Assembly: GCA_028288925.1 (NCBI GenBank)
Contig: JAQGHG010000012.1
Location: 13,762 to 77,761 of the forward strand
Direction of reading: 5' to 3'
From: Patescibacteria group bacterium
Lineage (GTDB): Bacteria; Patescibacteriota; Saccharimonadia; UBA4664
Length of the DNA stretch: 64,000 nt
Below are positions 9,428-19,484 of this stretch, piece after piece. Every line of letters starts with the position of its first letter. Position 1 is the first letter of the stretch. The notes under the pieces were generated by a model that was not told the DNA's origin, ran no database searches, and saw only the letters and a program-made list of their open reading frames with translations. A program made the translations under genes and the position numbers.

Positions 9428-11090
9428 TCAGAGTTGGTCGATGAGCGTCGAAACCTCGGCCTCGACCACCTTGGCGTGATCGCGCTGGAGCCGGCTAAAC
9501 GGCGGCACCTCCAGGTAAAAGGTAGAGCCATGATTGAGCGTGCTTTTGCACCAGACTCTGCCATTGATCCGCTCGGCCAGCTCGAGGCAAAGATACAGCC
9601 CCAAGCCGGTGCCACCCGTCTCGCGGGTGCGGTAATTCTCCGAGCGGTAAAACTTAGTGAATAAGTGCCGCTGGTCGCCGGCCGAAATACCAATGCCGCT
9701 ATCTTGGATAGCGAAGACCACGCCGCCGTTACGGCCCGGCTCAGCCTTTAGCTGAACGCCGCCTTCCTTTGTGTACTTCAAGGCGTTGCTAATGTAATTT
9801 TGCAAAATTTCATGGATATGGTGTTCGGTAGAGAGTACGCTCGGCGTATCGGGCATCAGGAGCCTGGTAAATGACAGGCCTTTACCTTTGGCCTGCGGCG
9901 TGAAATCCTTCACCAGCTGATCGAGCAACGTCCGGGGATTCACCGGGGCCAACTGTATCGGGATATTGTCATTTTGGGCTTGGGAAAGGGTGGTAAGGTC
10001 CTTTACGATGCCCGCCAAAAAGACAGTGTTGCGGTGAGCTTGGTCTAGCATGGTTGTGATGGGGGGCGAAAAAGACGCCCTGGAAAGGAGCGCGGTCGAG
10101 AGGGCGGCCTCCACGATAGTGAGTGGGGTGCGCAATTCGTGCGAAGCTATGGCGATAAACTCTTCGCGCTGCTGGTCTAGAGACTTTTCTTTCGTAATAT
10201 CATTACAAACGATTATATAGTTGGTGTCTTTGAGATTCTTGATCGGGGTTATGGTAATGTCCAGGTCCAGATCCCGGCCGTCCACGCCGGCCATGGTCAA
10301 GTCGCGCCGACGCTGCGGCGTGGAGCTGTCCTTCAGGATACTCAGAAACTGAACGCGGCCTCGGGCCCGGTGGCGCACCGGCAGCAGGCGGGAGATATCC
10401 CGGCCGTGAAGGTTGCCCTGCGCGCCGGACAGTTCCTGAGCGGCGGCGTTCGAGAGCACCACCCGGCCCTTGGCGTCGACTACCAAAATGGCGTCGTGGA
10501 GACTGTTGACGAGCGCCAGGAGCTGGTCCCGCTCGGTCTGGTTCTCGTCGCTCAGCGACTCAAAGGCCAGACGCTCGTGCCGCTCCACATGTGTCAGGCG
10601 CTCTACCAGCAGGCCGATGGCCAAAAGTATCAGCGCGCTCAGGGCCGCGACGCGCGACGGGCCCAGCACGAGCGGTTGGAAAGGGTGGACTACCGAGATG
10701 CCGGCCACCACTAGAGCCTGGCTCACGAGCACCACGAGCATACCCCGAATGCCAAACCAGTAGGTGGCGGCAATCAGCATCAGAATCAAAAGGCCGGAGT
10801 AGGGGGTGCTGGCTTGGCCTACCAAGAGCAAAAAGATCGCCACGACGACATTATCGAGCGTGAGCATCATCACCCGCGAGGCGTAGAGCCGCGTCCGGAT
10901 CAGGGCGGGCATGTAGCGGCTAAGGTTGTAGAGGGCCGTCAGGACCAAAAATCCATAGACCAGGAGGCTCTGCGGCTGATTTAGCGGAAAGGTTACGAAA
11001 ATAATAACAATCGCCAGCCAACGAATCTGCCGGGTAATCTGCTCATAATCAGCCTCCCGGCGAGCAAGTTCGTGGTGGGCGGTGTGCTTC
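9428..11090 (-). CDS. sensor histidine kinase (multi-TM + PAS + HisKA + HATPase_c)
   Basis: ASHELRTPLT H-box and N/G1/G2 boxes (GGTGLGL). Start set at MKHTAHH (ATG 11088-11090). Confidence 0.85.
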
Positions 11091-11102
11091 ATCGGATAGG
11101 CG

Positions 11103-11513
11103 CTAGTCGGCTGCTTCGGTGGCTGGATTAGGCGGCAAGTTAAGCAGCCGGCGAATGCGCGACACGACATCCGCGATCACGACCTGCGACTTTACGAGAT
11201 AATCATCGGCGCCTAGATCCTTGGCGCGCTGCTGGTCGGAAGGTTGGCTCAAAGCCGACATCACTATAATCTTAATCTTCCGGGTCTCGGTAGTATTGCG
11301 CAATATATCCAGTACATCGAAGCCGTTCAGGCGGGGCATCATGATATCTAGCAGGATAAGCTGGGGCTTAAAATCCTTGGCGGCTTGCAGCGCGGCCTCG
11401 CCACTATCACAGTAGCGGACCTCAAAACCTTCGGCTTCCAAACGCGTCTGATAAACGCTGGCAACTGTCATATCATCCTCAACTAAGAGGATACGGGGTA
11501 AAGCTTGAGTCAT
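11103..11513 (-). CDS. response regulator, receiver domain only
   Basis: LLVEDD…LILLDIMMP…K; no output domain; immediately upstream of the kinase. Confidence 0.85.
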   Translation of the reverse strand: MTQALPRILLVEDDMTVASVYQTRLEAEGFEVRYCDSGEAALQAAKDFKPQLILLDIMMPRLNGFDVLDILRNTTETRKIKIIVMSALSQPSDQQRAKDLGADDYLVKSQVVIADVVSRIRRLLNLPPNPATEAAD

Positions 11514-11596
11514 AAGCGTATTCTAGCACCATCCTGTAAACTTGCCCAAATCATCACGGCCATACTCTTCGTAAAATAACCCCAGGGGATTTTACT

Positions 11597-12349
11597 ATGG
11601 CAAAGAAGAGCATCAAAGACAAAGTAGTCATCATTACGGGTGCCACTTCGGGCATCGGCGAGGCCACCGCCAGAGTCTTGGCCCAGGCTGGCGCCATCGT
11701 CGTCCTGGCCGGCCGGCGGCGGGAACGGCTAGAAAAGCTGCTGGCAGACATCGAAAAGAGCGGGGGACAAGCGCTAGCCGTGCCTACTGACGTCACTAAG
11801 TACGACAGCGTGCGCGGCATGGTAGACGCGGTCCAGCAAAAATATGGCAAAATCGACATATTGTTCAACAACGCCGGCGTCATGCTGCTGGGCCCGGTGA
11901 TAAACGCCGATATCACCGACTGGCAGCGCATGATCGGCACCAACCTCTACGGGCTCATCTGGTGCACCCACGCCGTTCTACCGCAGATGGTTAAGCAGGG
12001 GAGTGGCCACATCGTGCAGACCTCATCGGTGGCCGGCCGCACCGCCAAAGAAGGTAGCGCCGTGTACAACCTCACCAAGTGGGGTGTCAACGGCTTCACC
12101 GAAGGCCTACGGCAAGAGCTCGTGGAGCACAAAATTCGCACCACGCTCATAGAGCCGGGCCTGGTAGCTACGGAGCTGCGCGACCACATCACCCACCAGC
12201 CGTCTAAGCGGCAGGTGAACGAATGGGCCGGTACGGTGCGCCAGCTCCAATCCGAAGACATCGCCGAGGCGGTGCTCTACGCCGTCACCCAGCCCGACCA
12301 TGTCGACGTGAACGAGATCCTTATCCGCCCGACCGACCAGCAAGGGTAG
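11597..12349 (+). CDS. SDR family oxidoreductase
   Basis: TGATSGIGEA glycine motif, NNAG, and S…Y…K catalytic residues. Confidence 0.85.
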   Translation: MAKKSIKDKVVIITGATSGIGEATARVLAQAGAIVVLAGRRRERLEKLLADIEKSGGQALAVPTDVTKYDSVRGMVDAVQQKYGKIDILFNNAGVMLLGPVINADITDWQRMIGTNLYGLIWCTHAVLPQMVKQGSGHIVQTSSVAGRTAKEGSAVYNLTKWGVNGFTEGLRQELVEHKIRTTLIEPGLVATELRDHITHQPSKRQVNEWAGTVRQLQSEDIAEAVLYAVTQPDHVDVNEILIRPTDQQG

Positions 12350-12398
12350 GCCGGCGGGTCAGTTCGGCGTAGCGCGATAACAATTACTACGGCCCGTC

Positions 12399-12887
12399 TC
12401 AGTCTTCGTAGACCTTGCCGCTCAGCCCCTCCAATGCCTTGAGTACGCCTTCGGCGCCGGGATTCACGCCCACCGGCGAAATATAGCTCCAGGCGATAAG
12501 ACCATCCTTGTCAATCACGTACAGGGCACGCTCGGCCTCACCTTCGCTCTCGCGGTAGCTCTGGTAGCGCCGGGCCACTTCGCCTTTAGGGTGGAAGTCG
12601 GCCAACAAAGGGAAACGCAAATTATTCTCGCGGGCGAACGCCAAGTGGCACCACGCGCTATCTACTGATATACCGAGCAATTGCGCGGCATGTTTTTGCA
12701 GCTCGGGGAGGATCTCATTGAATAGCGAGACCTCGCTGCCACAAATAGGGCTGAAGTCCGCCGGGTAAAACATCAAAACTACCGGACGTCCCCGCAGTTC
12801 CTTAAGCGATACATCCTGGTCCGGCGTATCTCGTAGTTTAAAGCCGGGCGCTTCAGCCCCGGATGCTAAAGGGGTGTTCGTACTCAT
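12399..12887 (-). CDS. peroxiredoxin (AhpC/TSA/Bcp family)
   Basis: FYPADFSPIC peroxidatic-Cys motif in a thioredoxin fold. Confidence 0.8.
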   Translation of the reverse strand: MSTNTPLASGAEAPGFKLRDTPDQDVSLKELRGRPVVLMFYPADFSPICGSEVSLFNEILPELQKHAAQLLGISVDSAWCHLAFARENNLRFPLLADFHPKGEVARRYQSYRESEGEAERALYVIDKDGLIAWSYISPVGVNPGAEGVLKALEGLSGKVYED

Positions 12888-12893
12888 AATCCG

Positions 12894-13430
12894 CTAGCTC
12901 CTCATCACCCCGGCCGCGGCATAGACGGCCTCTCGCAGCGCCCCGTACTGGTACCATTGGTCATGCCGGTGGTCATTAACGAAGAACGTCGGTGTGCCGT
13001 TCACGCCGCTGCGCACGCCACTCATAAAGTCTTCGCGCACCCGCCGCTCGGCTTTGCCCGATTCCGTATCGTGGATAAACCTCTCCACGTCCAGTTCCAG
13101 CAACGTCGCGTAAGTAACGAGGTGGTCCGTACCCAGGGCGCCTTGGTGCTCAAACAAGACATCGTGCATGGGCCAAAATGCTCCCTGAAATCCAGCCGCT
13201 TCAGCCGCCAGGGCAGCCCGTAGCGCGTGAGGATGAACTTGAGCCAAAGGAAAGTTACGAAACACAAACCGTAGTTCATCTCCCAATTCTGCTTGCAGCC
13301 GCTTCACAATGACATACGCCTGTCCGCAGTAGGGGCATTCATAATCACCATACTCCAACAGCGTCACGGGCGCGTACGCGCTGCCCTGAGCGTGATCCCT
13401 AACGCCCACCGGCATGACCAATTCACTCAT
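12894..13430 (-). CDS. DsbA-like thiol:disulfide oxidoreductase
   Basis: CPYC active site in a thioredoxin-like fold. Confidence 0.75.
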   Translation of the reverse strand: MSELVMPVGVRDHAQGSAYAPVTLLEYGDYECPYCGQAYVIVKRLQAELGDELRFVFRNFPLAQVHPHALRAALAAEAAGFQGAFWPMHDVLFEHQGALGTDHLVTYATLLELDVERFIHDTESGKAERRVREDFMSGVRSGVNGTPTFFVNDHRHDQWYQYGALREAVYAAAGVMRS

Positions 13431-13598
13431 AACTACCCCTCGCTACGCATCCAATATTTCAATGGTACGCCCATGGCGAGTCCATACTAGGCGCAAACTC
13501 CCACAACTCAAGCACACATTAAAAGTAATTCCGTTAGTTTAGCCGATGCAACGGAGCCGCCGGAGAGATACGCTTTTCGCATGCTAGGGGAACACATC

Positions 13599-14057
13599 AT
13601 GCAACTATTATCATGGAATCCATTACGAGAACTCGCCCGCGAGCAGGACCGCCTCGACCGTTTACTCAATGATAGTTTCGGCAGCGGCGCCTTGAGTCAA
13701 GTCAGCCTGCCCGCCACCGACGTCTATGAGCAGGGCGGCAGATTAATCGTTGAGGTGTCATTGCCCAACTTTGACCAAAAAGACATCGAAGTGAACCTCA
13801 GCGACCGGGGCCTGGAAATCAAAGCCGAACGCGGCACCGACAACGAGGTTCAAAAGCGCAAATACCTGGTGCGCGAAAGCTCGTATGGCAGCTTCTATCG
13901 GTTCATTACGCTACCTGCCGACGCCGACCGGGACAAGGCCGTCTCTTCGTTTGACCAAGGCATTTTGAGGGTCGAGATTCCCCTCAACGAGCGGTCCCAA
14001 CCCAAGCGGCTCTCCATTTCCGGTGGCAAAGATTCAAACAAGCGCTCCGAATATTAG
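13599..14057 (+). CDS. Hsp20/alpha-crystallin family small heat-shock protein
   Basis: ACD domain pattern (…GILRVEIP…) with an N-terminal WNP motif. Confidence 0.85.
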   Translation: MQLLSWNPLRELAREQDRLDRLLNDSFGSGALSQVSLPATDVYEQGGRLIVEVSLPNFDQKDIEVNLSDRGLEIKAERGTDNEVQKRKYLVRESSYGSFYRFITLPADADRDKAVSSFDQGILRVEIPLNERSQPKRLSISGGKDSNKRSEY

Positions 14058-14125
14058 CGACAAAAGGGGTAAATTACTTCCTATTTTTAAGCCAGAGAGC
14101 GCAATCTCACATTTTTTGTTATCAT

Positions 14126-14959
14126 ATGGCCATGATTAGAGCCATAATTTCAGATGCAGACGGCACACTTGTCAATACTGTGTATCTTATCCGCCACGGG
14201 CAATACGAAGTAGCCGTAGAGTATCTCATCGGTCGCGGCATACCCCACCACGACATCCCAAGCTACGAGATCTATGAAAGCTTCATCAACAAGGCGGTGG
14301 GAGGGAGTACGCGGGAAACCTTCGAAAAGACTATTCGCCTTCTCTTCAGCCGGACCCACGAGCGCCACCTCGACAAGATAGACTTTGATGAGCTCGATAA
14401 GCGGCTGGCGCCCGTCCAGGACAGAATCGCACCGCTCTACGTCCACCCCTTCCACGGTCTGACCGAATTATTCACCTGGCTTGGCTCCAGCAAGACGAGT
14501 TTAGGTATCTTTACTAGTGGAGACCGCCGCATGATTATCCGTAATTTTGGGGTAAGTCTGCCGGTTATGGGCTATACCAACCTTTTCAAAGCGGACGAAA
14601 CCGATGTAGGCGAAAGACTCAACGCTTTCATCGCGCGCGCCAAGGCAGTTTATGGGATGCCCCATCTCACCGTGGTGACATGCGAAGATGTCACCAAGAC
14701 TAAGCCCGATCCAGAGGGAATTCTCACACTCATGAGTCAGATGGAGCTTGCCGCCGATGAAGTCATCGTCCTCGGAGACCATGCCGTAGATATGCAAGCC
14801 GCGGCAGCGGCCGGCGTCCCCGGTATTGGTATATCGCATGGCTTTGGAACACCGGCCGAGCTCAAAGAAGCCGGTGCCATCCGCGTAGTGGACGACATCG
14901 CTTCGCTACCCCGAATGATCGAAGCCCACAATAGCGGCCAGAAGCTGCTCTTTTCTTAA
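14126..14959 (+). CDS. HAD-superfamily hydrolase
   Basis: IISDADGTL motif I and the later K/DD motifs. Confidence 0.8.
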   Translation: MAMIRAIISDADGTLVNTVYLIRHGQYEVAVEYLIGRGIPHHDIPSYEIYESFINKAVGGSTRETFEKTIRLLFSRTHERHLDKIDFDELDKRLAPVQDRIAPLYVHPFHGLTELFTWLGSSKTSLGIFTSGDRRMIIRNFGVSLPVMGYTNLFKADETDVGERLNAFIARAKAVYGMPHLTVVTCEDVTKTKPDPEGILTLMSQMELAADEVIVLGDHAVDMQAAAAAGVPGIGISHGFGTPAELKEAGAIRVVDDIASLPRMIEAHNSGQKLLFS

Positions 14960-15540
14960 GCAGTCTTACCGGCTAGCAGCTCGACCCCGAATTCCTTCAA
15001 CAACACCGACAATCGGCACAAGGGGAGCCCCACCACTGTCAGATAGTCTCCCTCGACCCGTTCGATAAATACGGCGGCGGTAGACTGAATACCGTAGCCT
15101 CCCGCCAGGCCCTGCCAGTCAGCCGTGTCGGCGTAGCGTTCGATCTCTGCCGCCTCCAACTGACGGAAAAACACCTTGGTCTCCAGGCTCTCGGTGACGA
15201 CACGGTCACCCTCGATAATCGCCAGGCCCGAAAAAGCCGAATGCGAGCGGCCGCTCAGAGCCGTGAGCGTCTCGATCAGCTCGGCCCGGTCCGTTTGCTT
15301 GCCGATCACCCGGCCGTCGAGCGCTATGAGCGTATCGGACCCGATAACCACAGCTTCCGGATGCTTGTCGGCCACCCACTGGGCTTTCCCCAGCGCTAGC
15401 TGTGCCACGAGCTCGCCCGGCGGCAAGTCGATCGAATTATCTTCTTCAAACTCACTGGCGATTACTTCAAACGGCGCACCGGTCAGAGCGAGGAGCTCTT
15501 TGCGGCGCGGAGAGGAGGAGGCGAGAATGAGATGTTTCAT
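14956..15540 (-). CDS. maf: Maf-like nucleotide pyrophosphatase
   Basis: MKHLILASSSPRRKELL…; start at ATG 15538-15540. The track ORF is extended 72 aa upstream. Confidence 0.85.
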   Translation of the reverse strand: MKHLILASSSPRRKELLALTGAPFEVIASEFEEDNSIDLPPGELVAQLALGKAQWVADKHPEAVVIGSDTLIALDGRVIGKQTDRAELIETLTALSGRSHSAFSGLAIIEGDRVVTESLETKVFFRQLEAAEIERYADTADWQGLAGGYGIQSTAAVFIERVEGDYLTVVGLPLCRLSVLLKEFGVELLAGKTA

Positions 15541-15743
15541 GCCCCCATAGTAACATTTCGGCCTCCCTAACGTGCTCTCCAAACCCACGATTAGGAAAAA
15601 TCCCAGAAGTCTGGTATAATAAAGCCAATCTAGAAACAAGCACCCTGCTTGTCGATTTCGTTTAAAGCCGTGGTACCTCGAGCGGCTCACACTCAATCTT
15701 ATTCCAGAGCAACTAATTACAAGCTTTCGGGTAAGGAGAAAAT

Positions 15744-16040
15744 ATGGCTGCAAACAAGCTATTTATCGGTTCATTAGGATTTAACGTAACAGAAGACCAG
15801 CTCAGGGAGCTGTTTGAGACCGCCGGCACCGTCACCAGCGCCAGCATCATCAAAGACCGCGACACTGACCGCTCCAAGGGCTTCGGCTTCGTAGAGATGG
15901 GTTCAGACGACGAGGCTCAGGCCGCTATCAGCAGCCTGAACGGCAAAGAGCTCGAAGGCCGCGCGATCATCGTAAACATCGCCAAGCCCAAGGAAGACCG
16001 CTCGAGCCGTCCCAGCTTTGGTGGACCTCGCCGCTACTAA
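15744..16040 (+). CDS. RRM-domain RNA-binding protein
   Basis: RNP2 (LFIGSL) and RNP1 (KGFGFVEM) motifs followed by a Gly/Arg tail. Confidence 0.85.
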   Translation: MAANKLFIGSLGFNVTEDQLRELFETAGTVTSASIIKDRDTDRSKGFGFVEMGSDDEAQAAISSLNGKELEGRAIIVNIAKPKEDRSSRPSFGGPRRY

Positions 16041-16058
16041 TAGCCGGCGAAACCACTA

Positions 16059-16382
16059 ATGCGATTCTTCCTCCCTCACACCGGCAAAGGTGAAGCCGAG
16101 GCGGCCTATCAAGAGATCAAAAAATCTCTGAGCAGCCAATTCCGCCTCCCTCTGCTGGAAAGCCGGATATTCAGCCTTAGCTATACCAATAGCAAGAAGA
16201 AGTGGTATGCCGAAGTGGGACAACTGGAAGAGCAAGAGGGCCAATACGAGATCCTGGCCATCTTCGAGTCAAAGCAGTACATCGTCTTCACCCGCACCAA
16301 GCAGGGAGGCGCCGGCCCCATCATCGTGGTGGACAAAGCCGAAGTCACAGACATCGAAAATTTCGAAATGGTTGCGAGCTAG
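16059..16382 (+). CDS. hypothetical protein
   Basis: 107 aa ORF followed by a strong terminator. Confidence 0.45.
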   Translation: MRFFLPHTGKGEAEAAYQEIKKSLSSQFRLPLLESRIFSLSYTNSKKKWYAEVGQLEEQEGQYEILAIFESKQYIVFTRTKQGGAGPIIVVDKAEVTDIENFEMVAS

Positions 16383-16402
16383 GCCAGCCCGCATCCCGAC
16401 GG

Positions 16403-16440
16403 AACCAAAAAAAGAGACCACCCGGTCTCTTTTTTTGGTT
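16403..16440. terminator. bidirectional intrinsic terminator (17-bp perfect stem, A-tract/T-tract)
   Basis: aaccaaaaaaagagacc-accc-ggtctctttttttggtt, between convergent genes. Confidence 0.8.
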
Positions 16441-16591
16441 CTATGGGCAAGAATATAGGCCCGCACACTCAGTGTACAGGCCTTTATACGTTGCGTTATG
16501 TGCAGAAATCTCATCGAGATATTACTTTCGGCCGAATACGGCCAACCAATCGAGCCTTGCCCGGTAACTCTTCTTTCACCGGCGTCAAGCC

Positions 16592-17470
16592 TTACAGGCG
16601 CTTAAATGACCGCCCGTCCAGTACGATCTCCGAGTGAGGCGGCAGGTTTAGTACCCGCTCGTCGCTCTCGATACCGAGGAACGGATGATCCCGCTCGACG
16701 ACAAACCCGATCCCTTGGTACGCGAACGGCGAGGCCGAAGGGTCGTCTCCGTAGCAATCGTCGACGTCGGTCCATCCCTCGAGCTCCGCGCAGACTTGGG
16801 GGTACAGTGCGACATCGCGGACGATCTCGCACTCGAGGCGCGGGTCGTTTACGATGGGGCGCTCGACAGTGACGGAGGCGAGGAGAACCGGCTGGTTGTG
16901 TCGGAACTCGATGCTTCCATCGGCCGGATATGCCCGGTTCTTGAGCCACGAGACCGTCCAGCTCTGCCTGGGAGTGGCCCAGATCTCGTAGATGGAGAGG
17001 TTCGCTCCCGGAACGTCGCTGTAGAGCGATTTCGTGCGCCTGTTACTCACTTCGATCGTCTCCAGCCGACCGAAGAACGGCGACTGATTGACGGCCGAGG
17101 CGATCAACGCGACGGTGCCCATCCAGCCCGAGTGCATGACCTGCTCGCTTCCTCGTTTCCCGCCTTGCGGGTTGAGAGGGTCGCGAAAGGTCAGACAGAC
17201 CGAGCGGATGAAGTTGCCATCCATGAGCTCGAAGCTCGCGAGCGGCCGCAGGCCCTTGACGGCCGAGCGGAGGTACAGGTACAGCCCTGTAGTGGGGTAG
17301 TACACCGTACTGCGGGGCGGGTCCAACGCGACGAAGTCGCGCTTGCCCTTGAACTGCCCGATTTCGTGGAGTAGAGCCACGACTCGGCAGAATGACCGAC
17401 GTTCTATGGCCCCGAAATAGGGATCGGTCGCTACGTGCGGCCAGATCCACGGGGGCAGCGCAGAAGACAC
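16592..17470 (-). CDS. hypothetical protein (high-GC, foreign-looking)
   Basis: 292 aa; GTG start preceded by AGGAGG; about 63% GC versus about 52% for neighbours; no family recognised. Confidence 0.5.
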   Translation of the reverse strand: MSSALPPWIWPHVATDPYFGAIERRSFCRVVALLHEIGQFKGKRDFVALDPPRSTVYYPTTGLYLYLRSAVKGLRPLASFELMDGNFIRSVCLTFRDPLNPQGGKRGSEQVMHSGWMGTVALIASAVNQSPFFGRLETIEVSNRRTKSLYSDVPGANLSIYEIWATPRQSWTVSWLKNRAYPADGSIEFRHNQPVLLASVTVERPIVNDPRLECEIVRDVALYPQVCAELEGWTDVDDCYGDDPSASPFAYQGIGFVVERDHPFLGIESDERVLNLPPHSEIVLDGRSFKRL

Positions 17471-17597
17471 GGGTCCTCCTGGGAGATTGAACGTACACCA
17501 CGACGAGTGTCGCAGATTTCTTAACTATAACATAAATGCTAGAATTATACAATCTTATGGCGCCCTACCCTCTATGTTTTCAAAATGCAGCCCAAAC

Positions 17598-17724
17598 CTA
17601 CGGGTGGCAGCCCAGGAATATCTCCCCGAGGAAGCGAGTGCGGGTACTGATACCGGTAACACCGAAGAGAAGGATAGCGTTCGCTCGCCCGAGGGGAGGT
17701 ATTCCTGGGCTGACAGGACCCGTA
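17598..17724. repeat. intergenic imperfect-palindromic repeat element, copy A (full length)
   Basis: 5' TACGGGTGGCAG, a 17-bp internal stem (cccaggaatatctcccc/ggggaggtattcctggg), core ataccgg..acaccgaagaga.gatagcgttc, 3' CTGACAGGACCCGTA. Confidence 0.7.
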
Positions 17725-17738
17725 TCCCGAGCGCGGCG

Positions 17739-19484
17739 TTATTCCTTCACCCGTCCATCCGCCAGACACCGCGCATCCGCCGGCTTCCCACTCAGCCGCC
17801 CGGTGATGTCCACAAACGTCATTGGGTTCTCGCGCCCGTCGGCATAGGCGTAGTAGCAATCGGGCAGGTAGGGGAGACTGGTCCCGAAGTAACTGTTGAG
17901 CACCAGCCGAAACACGTTCGCCGAGTCCGCCGCGCCCGCGTCCTTGCTCCAGTCTACCGCCGGAATATGATAGGCCGCCAGATTCCCAAACTTCATTTGC
18001 AGGTCGGCGTCCGTCCATTTGCGCATATCACCGGCCCGTAGCTCACCCTCTACTCTGTCGACGTCGAATTGCTCATGGTTGAGCTGCATTGGGTAGGGCC
18101 CCTCGTCTGCCTGCAGCACCACTATTGATTTGCCCTGGCCGGAGCGGTCAATCTCGCTTAGGATGTCCTTCATTTGGCTATTAATGAACTGCACCTGGCC
18201 CAGATACTTCTGCTTGATCGGCTTGCCGTTATTATCATCACCCGGGTTGGCCGAGACCGAGCCGTCGGCGTTAAAGTTGTAGGGATCGTGCGGCACCAAG
18301 ATATGCGCGAATACAAACCGCCCACCCGCCGGCTTGGCTGCTTCTTGCCGGAGTGTTTGGAGTTGGTAATGGGCCATATCCACGTCGCCCATATTGGCGT
18401 AGCTAAAAGCCGTAAACCCGCCCAGGCCCAGACCCGGCTGCACAAACCGCCACCAGGGGCTCTCGGTCAAAATATTCTTCGAGAAGTTATTCAAAATTAC
18501 ATCAGCATTCATAATGGTCATCCGCCCTGTGCCCTGGTACACCCGGTCGGCCACATCTGACTTATTGGAGGTCTCGTACCAGTTGCCGATCATATCGTAT
18601 GAGTAACCCAGCGATTTCAGCTTTTGGGCGATGGCCGAATTGCGGATGGTCTCATTAAACGGCACAATTGTCTGCCGCGGCGAGGTCCCAAACCGCCCGA
18701 CCAGATCGTTCAAATAATCGGCGTTCATGGTAGAGGCAATCGACATCGTGGTGTAGGGGTAATTATTATGCGCCGACGGGTTCACATAGTAATCCCGGTC
18801 TTTTAAGAAATTCAAGAAGTCCGAATTATCAAAATGAAACTGTTGATTCAGCACGTCCTCGCTGGCGTAGCGGTCAAGCACGATGTAATAAATATCCGGC
18901 GAATCAGCCATCGTCGGCTTGGCGGTAGCCTGGGCCGCGATGTGCGGCGGCTTGTAGAAAAACTGCGGCCATTCCACGGCCAGATCCCACGCTAGCGGGA
19001 CGGCCTTAAAGCCAAACGTCGCGACAATCATAATGAGCAGCGCGATCTGGACATCGCGCTGTTTGCCGACCCAGCGCCGCGCCGCGCCGGCCGCCACCCG
19101 GCCCAACCAGTAGGCGCCAATGCAGGTGAGGCCGATCATCAGCAGGCTGCCTACCACGCCTACCATTCCCACGGGTTCCTTGGGTAAGAAGAGCCAGCCA
19201 TGAATCCACTGGTAGACCGTGTCGAAACGATCGTCGTACTCACCCGAAAGCACCAAGGCTACAAGCACCGCCGCTACGTAACCGCCGAGCTGGTCCCGGC
19301 GCCACACACGGTAAAACCCGGCGCTGATAGCCGTGGCCGTAAGCAGAGTCAAAATTACAGGCACCACCAGGTCTTGGGCGGTTACTTGGTAGCGGTTGCC
19401 CAAGAATGTCGAGATAGGCGACAGCAGCGCCACCATCGCCACCGGCGCCCACAGCTTTAGGCCGGCTGGGAGTCTAAACTTCAT
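17739..19484 (-). CDS. LTA-synthase/sulfatase (alkaline-phosphatase superfamily) membrane protein
   Basis: 5 N-terminal TM helices plus a large extracytoplasmic sulfatase-like domain. Confidence 0.6.
   Translation of the reverse strand: MKFRLPAGLKLWAPVAMVALLSPISTFLGNRYQVTAQDLVVPVILTLLTATAISAGFYRVWRRDQLGGYVAAVLVALVLSGEYDDRFDTVYQWIHGWLFLPKEPVGMVGVVGSLLMIGLTCIGAYWLGRVAAGAARRWVGKQRDVQIALLIMIVATFGFKAVPLAWDLAVEWPQFFYKPPHIAAQATAKPTMADSPDIYYIVLDRYASEDVLNQQFHFDNSDFLNFLKDRDYYVNPSAHNNYPYTTMSIASTMNADYLNDLVGRFGTSPRQTIVPFNETIRNSAIAQKLKSLGYSYDMIGNWYETSNKSDVADRVYQGTGRMTIMNADVILNNFSKNILTESPWWRFVQPGLGLGGFTAFSYANMGDVDMAHYQLQTLRQEAAKPAGGRFVFAHILVPHDPYNFNADGSVSANPGDDNNGKPIKQKYLGQVQFINSQMKDILSEIDRSGQGKSIVVLQADEGPYPMQLNHEQFDVDRVEGELRAGDMRKWTDADLQMKFGNLAAYHIPAVDWSKDAGAADSANVFRLVLNSYFGTSLPYLPDCYYAYADGRENPMTFVDITGRLSGKPADARCLADGRVKE

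Noticed and set aside
14956-15753. 265-aa extended Maf ORF
   Set aside because: The first 72 aa lack homology and overlap the promoter and intergenic region. The conserved Maf N-terminus starts at MKHLIL (15540).
16685-17374. 229-aa plus-strand ORF overlapping 16592..17470
   Set aside because: The minus-strand ORF is longer and has AGGAGG-GTG. The plus-strand translation is Arg/Asp-rich low complexity.
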